A stretch of 64,000 bases of DNA from Parcubacteria group bacterium (lineage in GTDB: Bacteria; Patescibacteriota; Microgenomatia; UBA1400; PJMF01), in assembly GCA_943350175.1 (NCBI GenBank), contig CALQZX010000001.1, forward strand, positions 21,818-85,817, written 5' to 3'. The first letter of the stretch is position 1. Every line of letters starts with the position of its first letter. The translations under genes were made by a program, and so were the position numbers. The notes beneath the pieces are model-generated. The model was not told the DNA's origin. It did no database searches and saw nothing but the letters and a program-made list of their open reading frames with translations. Shown here piece by piece: positions 28,478 to 37,022 of the stretch.

Positions 28478-30266
28478 TACTTACTGATTGGCCTTCTTTA
28501 AGAATACTAGTGACTTTGATTTTCAATTTTTGGCCAATACTTCCGCTATTATTATAAACGGTGATTGGTAAAACAATTTTGGAAAAAGGTAATATCTTCT
28601 GAATTTTGCTATTTCGATCGAATGAAATTTCACCCTCTTCGCTAGTTATTTGAATGTCCGAAAAATACCAAACTCGGCCAGTTTTATTGAAAATTTGCAG
28701 GTCATAATTGCCTGGAATTTCCAAGCCATAAACCTTTTTACTAATCAGGGTAATTTCTAAATCTGGATTAATTTGAGCGAAGTCCTCTTTTGAGAATTCC
28801 AAATAAACTTTTTTATTTTTTTCATCTTCTTTGCCGATATAAGATCCAGCTGGATAAGGTAGGGTGCTGGAAATTCCATTAGTGGCAAAAGCGATGTGAT
28901 TGAGGTCAAAATTGTTAAAATAATCTATACCACCAGTAGTATCTTCCCAGGTAGGATCTACTTGGGTCCAAGCTTTCTTTTCATCATCATAATACTCTGG
29001 CCAAGTATGCAAAATATCTGCAGCTAAATTACTTGGACGCAATTCTTCATTGTTGGAATAAGCCATGCCAACCACTCTACGAGCTGGTATGTTTTTTTCT
29101 CTAGCCAAGGCGATAAATAGGTCTGTAAATTCTTGACAGGTGGCATCATTTTTGTTTGTTTCTTTGAGTGCTTCTACTGCACCCAAGCGCTCAAAGTTTT
29201 GATTGAGCGGTTTCTTGGTGTAATTTAGTTCTTTGACTGTGAAGTCATAAATACTTTTGATACTGTTTAAGTTTTTTGCTGCGTTGGCGATTTCTGGACT
29301 TTTGCTTTCCCAGAATTTTTGCTCATTAAGTTGCTCAGGCAAAACTTGACTTGAAGGAATCAGCGGATCTGCTGAAAGAGTCAGCATGACTTGTGCCAAA
29401 AGCTCCACGTTAAATGAATTATTGGCGGGGATTTCATAGGTGGCAATAAAATTGCCATCTTTGTCCTCCTTAATATTATTTGGCATTGGATCTAGGTTGA
29501 TGTAATAAATTTTTTGATGAGGTGTTTCTGGAGGCAAAGTGATTTGAGTTAGAGCATTTTGGCTAGTTGGGTTGTCTAGGTAGTAATTGAGTTTGAGGTC
29601 AAAAACTTGCTTGTTTCCAAAAATTGCTGAGATTGATTGATCCTTGAGATCACTGTAGGTAATGACGTTGTAATCGCCATCTTGTTTGAGGGAGAAATTG
29701 CTTGGATTGATGCGACTAGGAGTATCAAAAATGCTTGGAATTCTTAGCTCCAATTGGTAGCTTTGATACTGATAATGATCGGAGAGTTTTGGAATATTTA
29801 CTTCCAGAACTTTGCCACTGATGAGAGCGATGTCTGAATCGGTATAGCGAATAATCAGCTCATTGGTTTTGCCTTCTCCGACAACTTTTTCATCAAAAGT
29901 GACGCCGATGCTGGTTTGCCCCTTTTGTTTGCTAATTAAGCTTTCAATAGTTTTGCCGTTATTGCTGACTTCAACATTAGTGATATTGGTTGAGCTAATT
30001 ACAATTCCATATTTACTAATAAATAATTCTGGATTTTTATTTTTGATGATAAATTTTTGTTCGACGATGGTTTTGCCATTGGCAGTTACGGTGTAGGTGC
30101 TATGCAGAGAAATAGAGAAATTTTTGGAGCCGTCTGTAGTTGTAACTTCAGTTGTGTTTGAAGATTGGGCAAAGATTGTTTTTGGAGAAAAAACTAAAAA
30201 CAGAAATAAAGACAAAAATGCTTGGAAAAAAAATAATGCTTTTTTGATTCTATTTGAAAACATCAA
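28218..30266 (-). CDS. Transglutaminase-like domain surface protein (signal peptide, C-terminal TM anchor)
   Basis: Signal peptide; ATCQEFTDLFIALAREKNIPARRVVGMAYS is the transglutaminase-like Cys-core motif; C-terminal hydrophobic helix IIFLGGGFIVVTLVAGSLFLLG plus basic tail. Confidence 0.6.
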   Translation of the reverse strand: MMFSNRIKKALFFFQAFLSLFLFLVFSPKTIFAQSSNTTEVTTTDGSKNFSISLHSTYTVTANGKTIVEQKFIIKNKNPELFISKYGIVISSTNITNVEVSNNGKTIESLISKQKGQTSIGVTFDEKVVGEGKTNELIIRYTDSDIALISGKVLEVNIPKLSDHYQYQSYQLELRIPSIFDTPSRINPSNFSLKQDGDYNVITYSDLKDQSISAIFGNKQVFDLKLNYYLDNPTSQNALTQITLPPETPHQKIYYINLDPMPNNIKEDKDGNFIATYEIPANNSFNVELLAQVMLTLSADPLIPSSQVLPEQLNEQKFWESKSPEIANAAKNLNSIKSIYDFTVKELNYTKKPLNQNFERLGAVEALKETNKNDATCQEFTDLFIALAREKNIPARRVVGMAYSNNEELRPSNLAADILHTWPEYYDDEKKAWTQVDPTWEDTTGGIDYFNNFDLNHIAFATNGISSTLPYPAGSYIGKEDEKNKKVYLEFSKEDFAQINPDLEITLISKKVYGLEIPGNYDLQIFNKTGRVWYFSDIQITSEEGEISFDRNSKIQKILPFSKIVLPITVYNNSGSIGQKLKIKVTSILKEGQSVSNEFEVSPSIKVKIADPNKIIFLGGGFIVVTLVAGSLFLLGRKLANSLRRKGQKLEEESRQLQEISTALKENQENDGAGPQSGASGT

Positions 30267-30274
30267 AATCTATT

Positions 30275-33259
30275 TTACACGGTTTTTTGATTCAATTCTT
30301 CCTTCAAATAACTCCCCGTAAACGACTTCTCATTTTCCGCCACTTCAGCTGGAGTGCCGTAGGCGACGACTTCGCCACCATATTCTCCACCCTCTGGACC
30401 TAGATCAATAATCCAGTCGGCGTTTTTGATTACATCGAGATTATGTTCAATCAGAATAACGGTGTTGTCTTGTTCTACTAGCTGATTGAGAACGTTGAGT
30501 AGCTTTTGAATGTCGGCAAAATGTAATCCAGTGGTTGGTTCATCTAGTAAATAAACGACATGATCGTGAGATCTAGCACTGAGCTCTTTGGCCAATTTAA
30601 CTCTTTGAGCCTCGCCTCCGCTAAGAGTTGGAGCGGGTTGACCAAGCTTTAAGTAACCAAGACCAACTTCTTTGAGGGTGGCCATTTTTTGGCGAATGTT
30701 ACTGTGATTTTTGAAAAATTCATGAGCCTCATCGATACTCATCTCCAAAACTTGGGCAATATTTTTATCTTGGTATAAAACTTGCAAAGTTTCTTCGTTG
30801 TAACGTTGACCGTGACAGACGTCACATTGGACGTATACATCTGGTAAAAATTGCATCTCAATCTTAATCTGACCTTCACCCTGACAAACTTCACAACGAC
30901 CGCCTTTAACGTTAAAACTAAAGCGACCAATTTTGTAACCGCGCATGGCAGCATCTTTACTGCGCGCAAAAATTTGACGGATGTAGTCAAAAGCTTTGGT
31001 ATAAGTGGCTGGATTGGAGCGTGGAGTTTTGCCGATTGGGCTTTGATCAATCATGCTCAATCTTTTGACTTGCGGCGGAATAGAAATGCTTTCAAGCTCA
31101 GCCAGTTTGCTGTCGTAGGAATAGCCGAGTTGTTTGGCTAAGTGATTGTGTAGAACATTGTGCAAGAGGGTTGATTTTCCAGAGCCAGAAATTCCGGTGA
31201 TGCAAGTAAGAGCGTTGAGGGGAATTTCTACATCAATGTTTTTGAGGTTGTTATGATGGGCGCCGTGGACGGCAATTTTGGCTTTTTTCTTAACGTCTTT
31301 TTCTTTGATGCTTTCTCTAGTTATATCTTTTTTTCTGGCTAAATAGCGGCCAGTCAGAGAATTTTTGGCTTGCAAAATTTCCGCATAAGAACCTTCGAAA
31401 ACTACTTCTCCACCAGCTTCACCTGCTTTGGGACCAAAGTCGACGATGTGATCAGCGGCCATCATTAGGTCGCGATCATGCTCGACGACGATGACAGTAT
31501 TGCCTTTTTTCTTGAGTTCTTGGAGGGTTTCAATCAGACGACGATTGTCCCTTTGATGAAGACCAATGGTTGGTTCATCAAGAATATAAAGCACACCCGT
31601 CAGACCAGTACCAATTTGTGAGGCCAGGCGAATTCTTTGAGCTTCTCCACCTGCTAGAGTGGCTGCTTCGCGGGCAATAGTTAGATAATTAAGTCCAACA
31701 GCGGAGAGAAATTGCAGGCGGGTTTTAATCTCTTTAAGAATTGAGGCGGCGATTTGAACTTCTTTGGCAGATAGAACACCCTGCTTTGGATCGGCAATTT
31801 TTTCTGCCCATTTCAAAGCACGATCAATGGTTAGTTTGCTAAATTGGGCGATGTTTAATTTATCAACAGTGACGGATAGAATTTCTGCTTTGAGACGATC
31901 GCCATTGCAAATTGGACAAGTTTCTTTGTGCATGAACTGGCCAATTTCACGACGAATAAATTCACTGTCAGTTTCAGAATAACGACGTTCTAAATTTTTA
32001 ATAAAACCTTCAAATTTACTTTGATAACTAGTCATATTGCCGAAGCGGTTTTCACCGACGACGTCATAAATTTTTTCACTGCCAAATAGCAAAACATCTT
32101 GTAACTCTTTAGACATGTCTTCCCATTTGGTAAGACGAAAATCACTGCCAAAATCTTCCAAAACAATTTTGACTAAACGGGCGAACCAGCCTTCATTGGT
32201 CATCATTCTGGCAAATGGGATCATAGCGCCCTCGCTCATGGTTAGAGTTGGCGCGATAATTTTGTCAGCATTAATTTTTAGAATTGAACCGAGACCATTA
32301 CAAGCGGCACAAGCCCCCTCAGGTGAGTTAAAAGAAAAAGAGCGTGGCTCTAATTCTTTGAGTGAAATTCCACAATCACTGCAGGCGAGATTTTCACTAA
32401 AGAGGAAATCTTCTATATCTTGAGGATTCTCTGGAAAAGTAAAGCTAGAATCATTAACCCAGGTGACAATAGCTAGGCCATTAGCAAGTTTGAGAGCTTC
32501 TTCAAGAGATTGGTTGAGACGACTTTTGAGTCTAGTTAATTCAGTTTGATCATCAATCTGTACTTTGCTGATGACCAGACGGTCAATGACGGCATCAATG
32601 CTATGTTTATTGGTTTTGATGAGATTCAATTCTTGATCTAGGTTGTAGATTTGGCCGTCAATTCTGGCTTTGCTATAGCCTTTTTTGACTAAGTTTTCCA
32701 ATAGTTTGTCAAATTCGCCTTTTTTTTCTTTGACGACTGGTGACATGATCATTATTTTTTGTGGTTCTTTTTTGGAGATGACAAATTTATCTTCAATCTG
32801 CTTAAAAATTTGGCTAATGATTTGATCAATGCTCTGGGTGCTAATTTCTTTGCCACAATTATGACAATGAGGGTGGCCTACTCTAGCAAAAAGCAAACGG
32901 CAGTAATCATAAATTTCTGTAATCGTGCCCACGGTAGAGCGTGGATTATGAGAAGTGGTTTTTTGATCAATGGAAATAGCTGGCGACAAGCCGTCGATTT
33001 GATCGACGTCTGGTTTGTTCATTACTCCAAGAAATTGGCGAGCATAAGAGCTAAGAGATTCGACGTAGCGACGTTGACCTTCGGCATATAAAGTATCGAA
33101 GGCTAGAGAGCTTTTACCACTACCAGAGAGACCAGTAAAAACAATTAATTTATTCTTTTCTAATTCTAAATTAATGTTTTTAAGATTGTGCTCGCGGGCA
33201 CCAGTGATTTTGATAATATTTCCCATTGACATGAGGGGAATATTATAGCCTAAAACCAA
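30275..33259 (-). CDS. uvrA: Excinuclease ABC subunit A
   Basis: Two ABC ATPase modules (GLSGSGKSS; GISGSGKST), LSGGE signatures, zinc-finger Cys clusters; typical UvrA N-terminus IKITGAREHNLKNI. Confidence 0.92.
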   Translation of the reverse strand: MVLGYNIPLMSMGNIIKITGAREHNLKNINLELEKNKLIVFTGLSGSGKSSLAFDTLYAEGQRRYVESLSSYARQFLGVMNKPDVDQIDGLSPAISIDQKTTSHNPRSTVGTITEIYDYCRLLFARVGHPHCHNCGKEISTQSIDQIISQIFKQIEDKFVISKKEPQKIMIMSPVVKEKKGEFDKLLENLVKKGYSKARIDGQIYNLDQELNLIKTNKHSIDAVIDRLVISKVQIDDQTELTRLKSRLNQSLEEALKLANGLAIVTWVNDSSFTFPENPQDIEDFLFSENLACSDCGISLKELEPRSFSFNSPEGACAACNGLGSILKINADKIIAPTLTMSEGAMIPFARMMTNEGWFARLVKIVLEDFGSDFRLTKWEDMSKELQDVLLFGSEKIYDVVGENRFGNMTSYQSKFEGFIKNLERRYSETDSEFIRREIGQFMHKETCPICNGDRLKAEILSVTVDKLNIAQFSKLTIDRALKWAEKIADPKQGVLSAKEVQIAASILKEIKTRLQFLSAVGLNYLTIAREAATLAGGEAQRIRLASQIGTGLTGVLYILDEPTIGLHQRDNRRLIETLQELKKKGNTVIVVEHDRDLMMAADHIVDFGPKAGEAGGEVVFEGSYAEILQAKNSLTGRYLARKKDITRESIKEKDVKKKAKIAVHGAHHNNLKNIDVEIPLNALTCITGISGSGKSTLLHNVLHNHLAKQLGYSYDSKLAELESISIPPQVKRLSMIDQSPIGKTPRSNPATYTKAFDYIRQIFARSKDAAMRGYKIGRFSFNVKGGRCEVCQGEGQIKIEMQFLPDVYVQCDVCHGQRYNEETLQVLYQDKNIAQVLEMSIDEAHEFFKNHSNIRQKMATLKEVGLGYLKLGQPAPTLSGGEAQRVKLAKELSARSHDHVVYLLDEPTTGLHFADIQKLLNVLNQLVEQDNTVILIEHNLDVIKNADWIIDLGPEGGEYGGEVVAYGTPAEVAENEKSFTGSYLKEELNQKTV

Positions 33260-33267
33260 GCAAATTT

Positions 33268-33981
33268 CTAGTTAAGAGGAAGCTTCGGTTCTGTTGGCTT
33301 GTCTTTCTTTTGATTTTTGAGAATATAGATCAAAAATAAAAGCGCAGCAACAAAAGAGCCAATCATTAAGCCAATTAATAAGTTATTATTTATTTTTTTA
33401 GGAACAGCTGCTTCCTCAACTTCTGCAGGGACTTGACTAATACTTGGAGTGGCTTCTTCCTCTGTTTGTTCTGTTATAGCTTCGACTGGAATGATTGTCC
33501 CGATTTTAACCATCAGGCTTTCTCCTATGGTTAATACATTTTGGTCGCTGTCGACTGATCCAGCCAGAGTTTCTTTTTTATCAAAACTCAACTTAACTTC
33601 GCCATCTCCAGCATGCTTGAAAGAAACCTTGAGCAATTCGATGTTTTCTTTGGTACTCCAGCCCTTGCCAAGCTCTAGGCTAGTTAGAGAAATAAAGATA
33701 CTGTTGCCCTCGACTTTTTTGGAAATTTCCTGAACTGGCATTTTGGAGCTAATTGCTACGCTGAGATCTTTTATTTCTCCAGTCACATCAATTTTAAGCT
33801 GTAACGAGTTGACTTCCAAGCCTTGAGTGTTTAAATAAACCGGTACAGCAACCAAGCTATCTTTTGGTAGTTGCTCTACTTTTTCAAAGTTTAGCATTGC
33901 TGCTGGCTCTGCCGCCATGATTGGGCTTTTCAGAGAAGTAAGACATAGTAAAGTAAATAGACCAATGAGAAGTTTTTTCAT
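33268..33981 (-). CDS. Membrane-anchored cohesin-like domain protein
   Basis: Signal peptide; AVPVYLNTQGLEVNSLQLKIDVTGEIKDL fits the cohesin beta-sandwich start pattern; C-terminal NNNLLIGLMIGSFVAALLFLIYIL TM plus KNQKKDK tail. Paralogue of 36251..37003. Confidence 0.45.
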   Translation of the reverse strand: MKKLLIGLFTLLCLTSLKSPIMAAEPAAMLNFEKVEQLPKDSLVAVPVYLNTQGLEVNSLQLKIDVTGEIKDLSVAISSKMPVQEISKKVEGNSIFISLTSLELGKGWSTKENIELLKVSFKHAGDGEVKLSFDKKETLAGSVDSDQNVLTIGESLMVKIGTIIPVEAITEQTEEEATPSISQVPAEVEEAAVPKKINNNLLIGLMIGSFVAALLFLIYILKNQKKDKPTEPKLPLN

Positions 33982-33988
33982 TTTTTCC

Positions 33989-36211
33989 TTAATATGCTCT
34001 AAATTCTATATTAATAAGGCTCTTAAGTACTAACGAATAGTCAGCGATATCAACTGTTTTGTCTTTGTTAACATCGGCTTTCGCATTGTTAGTGAAGAGA
34101 TTTTTAATAACAACTGATAGATCTAATACGTTAATAAATCCGTCTTCATTTAAGTCATAAGCCAATGGAGTTGTTTTGACGCTACAATAACCCAGGCTTA
34201 TGATTTTGACTCCTTCTTGGGCTGTTGTTTGAGGAGCTTGTTTTTTAATACAAACTTCTCCTGCAGAACAATTACTATCTGAAGAACATGGCTTGTCACA
34301 TGTTTGTTTAAGGATTGGAGCAGAGCAGCCAAGTTTGTCTGGGTTGGAAATACTTCTCGATTGAACTCCATAATTACATTCTGACCAGATTGAATAATCA
34401 TATTGGCAAGAAGTAATTTGTTCACAGACATAGGTTGGACAAAAAGTTTTGGAATTAGGGTCTGTTTTAACTGATTGAATTGTCCTTATAGTGCCATTTT
34501 TACAATCGGGCACTGCGCAACTGATTGGAGTTGGGGTTTTGGTAGGTACGCTTGGTGTTGGTGTAGGAGTTTTGGTTGGAGTTGTAGTGGCAATTTGGCA
34601 AGCACTCATGTTACTAGTCCAGGTGCCACCGGCTTTTGGACAGCAATAGGTAACGTCTCCGCAAGCCTCTACTCTTCCAGCTAGGTTACACAAGCTTTCT
34701 TGAGCGCTTCCGTTAGCTTCTGGAGGATTGCAGCTACGCAACACACCATCGGTTCCAGGACACTGTTCCTTACAGACGACAGGTGTTGGAGTTGATGAAA
34801 TTGGGGCAGCTTTGCAATATTTTGCCGGCATTACCTGAGGACAAAATTTTCCTTCAGGGCACGCTTTCATAGGAGGTTGATAACAGCTGTAGCCACTAAA
34901 ACAATCTGCATTTGTTGAACAATTGATGCCCTCAGCCTGTCTACAAAAAGGAGCTGATGCACAGGCCATCGGACGTCCATTGGCGTCTTTAGAACATCCT
35001 CCTGCTGGAGTGCTAGAGCAAACATAACCACTTTGACAGTTGGAGTTTGTTTTACAACTGGTTGCTGTTGGAGTGACATTATCGATTGGAGTTGGAGTAG
35101 CTGTAATTGGTTTTTCTTTACAATATTTAGCTGGTGCTTGTGCGGACATTTTGCACATTGCTCCCTCTGGGCAAGTTGGCATTGGAGGTTGATAACAGTA
35201 TTGACCAGTTGGACAAACATCGTCAGACTTGCATCCAAGTATTTCAGTCACAGCTTCCATCTTAATGGCGATAATTAGAGGTGAAGGGGTGTTTAGGCTA
35301 TCTTGACCAGTTTTGTATAAAGTAGCTTTTGAAAAAGATGGATCTAAGTTTACAACGACATTACCCGCTGGTTCTCCAGATTTAGAAGTTTGTTTAGCCA
35401 CAAATTCAATTTTACCGAGAAGATAATCACTATTGTTACTATTAAAAGGAACACTCGTGTTCGTTAGAGTCCAAGCGAGTAAAACCTCTTTACTTAGAGA
35501 TACTTCATTTTTTACCAAAGAAAGTATCGGTTTTGTTGCCATTCTGCTATTTTCCATTTTTTGGTTTTCTTCAAAGCTGATTCCACTGTTACCAGTCACA
35601 GAAACTGCAGTAGGAATATCCTTAGCATTGCTATTCGCGCAATATTTGGCAGGCATTACTTGAGAGCACATTGCTCCCTTTGGACAAGCGGGCATAGGAG
35701 GTTGGTAACAAATTTGGCCGTTAGTACAGTTGGTATTACTCTGGCAAGTTTTTCCAGTTGGAGTTGGTGTCGAAGGCGGTGTCGAAGTTGGGGTCGAAGT
35801 TGGGGTCGAAGTTGGAGGTGTTTGAGCATCTTGCGCTGGTTTAAAACTAATGCTGTCAACTGAACTAAGACTATTTTGATCAAAAACAATTTTAGCTTGC
35901 AAGGCGTCGATATTGCTAGAGCCGGTGTTAACCAAAACATCAACGTAACAAGTTTGGCCAGCCATACAGTCAATATTTTTTTGTAATCTGATGTTGATTA
36001 GTCCGTTGGCTACCGAAGCTTGATTGCGAGTATCTTGTTTTTGACCAAGCAATATAAAAGAACTAATTGCTCCAACAGCGAGAAGCATGATGAGCGCCAC
36101 AGCAGCTAAGATCTTATTCTTATTTTTTTTGCTTCTAAAGGTTGGAACTTGAGGTGAGCTGTTTTGTTCTAAGGTGTATTGATTAATTTGATTTTCTATG
36201 GAATCTGACAT
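33989..36211 (-). CDS. Cys-rich repeat surface protein with C-terminal type-I-like dockerin
   Basis: N-terminal TM; cohesin-like N-terminal segment; TPTS linker; 3-4 copies of about 40-aa Cys module (C..G..CYQPPMP.CP.GAMC....PAKYC); C-terminal DLNEDGFINVLDLSVVIKNL + DVNKDKTVDIADYSLVLKSL, i.e. two canonical dockerin Ca-binding segments. Confidence 0.6.
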   Translation of the reverse strand: MSDSIENQINQYTLEQNSSPQVPTFRSKKNKNKILAAVALIMLLAVGAISSFILLGQKQDTRNQASVANGLINIRLQKNIDCMAGQTCYVDVLVNTGSSNIDALQAKIVFDQNSLSSVDSISFKPAQDAQTPPTSTPTSTPTSTPPSTPTPTGKTCQSNTNCTNGQICYQPPMPACPKGAMCSQVMPAKYCANSNAKDIPTAVSVTGNSGISFEENQKMENSRMATKPILSLVKNEVSLSKEVLLAWTLTNTSVPFNSNNSDYLLGKIEFVAKQTSKSGEPAGNVVVNLDPSFSKATLYKTGQDSLNTPSPLIIAIKMEAVTEILGCKSDDVCPTGQYCYQPPMPTCPEGAMCKMSAQAPAKYCKEKPITATPTPIDNVTPTATSCKTNSNCQSGYVCSSTPAGGCSKDANGRPMACASAPFCRQAEGINCSTNADCFSGYSCYQPPMKACPEGKFCPQVMPAKYCKAAPISSTPTPVVCKEQCPGTDGVLRSCNPPEANGSAQESLCNLAGRVEACGDVTYCCPKAGGTWTSNMSACQIATTTPTKTPTPTPSVPTKTPTPISCAVPDCKNGTIRTIQSVKTDPNSKTFCPTYVCEQITSCQYDYSIWSECNYGVQSRSISNPDKLGCSAPILKQTCDKPCSSDSNCSAGEVCIKKQAPQTTAQEGVKIISLGYCSVKTTPLAYDLNEDGFINVLDLSVVIKNLFTNNAKADVNKDKTVDIADYSLVLKSLINIEFRAY

Positions 36212-36250
36212 TCTTTCATTTAATCATGAAAATAAGCTGAGAATCAAGGG

Positions 36251-37003
36251 TTAGTATGCGAGAGGTAACTCTTTCTTTTTTTTGCCTTTTAAAATATAAA
36301 GCATGGTCATAGCAACAGCGATAAATGAGCTAGTAATCGTGCCAACTAATAGGTTGTTATTTACTCTGTCAATTTTTTTATCATCATTAGCTATTATTTC
36401 TTTTTGAATTTGCTTTACTTCTGTTGGAACGATGGTTCCAACTTTTATTGAAACATCATCTCCGATAGTTATGACGTTTTCATCTGTTGCACTTGACTGC
36501 GCTGAAGTTTCTTTTTGATCGAAACTCAACCAAACTTCACCATCTTTTTCTTTGGTAAAAGTAACAGTTGCAAGTTCTGTATTCTGAGAGGTGCTCCATC
36601 CTGTATTTGCTTGCGAACTTGATAGAGATAGTAAAATATTTTTGTCGTCAATTTTCTCTGCTATTTTTTTAACTGGCATTTTTTGATTAATTTTTATGCC
36701 AAGATTACTGACTTCGCCAGTGACATTGATTTTTAAGTCTAGTGAATCTATCTCTATTTCTTGAGTATTTAAATAGATTGGCACAGAAACGAGGGTGTTT
36801 TTTGGGGCAGGAGCTATTTTTTTAAAACTAATGATGGCTCCACCGTTAAATGCTGCTTGCTGGCGATTGTCTTGTTTTTGATTGATTAAAATAAGAGAGC
36901 TGATTATTCCTAGGAGTAAAAAAAAGACCAGAATTACTCCAGCCAAAGCATTGTTTTTGTTTTTTCTATTTTTACTTTTCATAATGATTAAGTGTGTTAA
37001 CAT
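36251..37003 (-). CDS. Membrane-anchored cohesin-like domain protein (paralogue of 33268..33981)
   Basis: N-terminal TM; VSVPIYLNTQEIEIDSLDLKINVTGEVSNL; same overall layout and C-terminal NNNLLVGTITSSFIAVAMTMLYIL TM plus KGKKKKELPLAY tail. Confidence 0.45.
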   Translation of the reverse strand: MLTHLIIMKSKNRKNKNNALAGVILVFFLLLGIISSLILINQKQDNRQQAAFNGGAIISFKKIAPAPKNTLVSVPIYLNTQEIEIDSLDLKINVTGEVSNLGIKINQKMPVKKIAEKIDDKNILLSLSSSQANTGWSTSQNTELATVTFTKEKDGEVWLSFDQKETSAQSSATDENVITIGDDVSIKVGTIVPTEVKQIQKEIIANDDKKIDRVNNNLLVGTITSSFIAVAMTMLYILKGKKKKELPLAY

Positions 37004-37022
37004 TTAATCATATAAGAGGTTT

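Noticed and set aside
30275-33259. UvrA at 994 aa seemed long, suggesting a fused extra domain
   Set aside because: Both ABC modules and the zinc-finger insertions account for the length. The first two residues before MGNIIKITGAREHN probably reflect an upstream in-frame Met, so no extra domain is evident.
35755-35825. 12-bp tandem repeats (ggggtcgaagtt x4) as a possible CRISPR or VNTR element
   Set aside because: They are in-frame coding repeats for a TPTS linker within the 740-aa surface protein. No spacer-repeat architecture and no cas genes.
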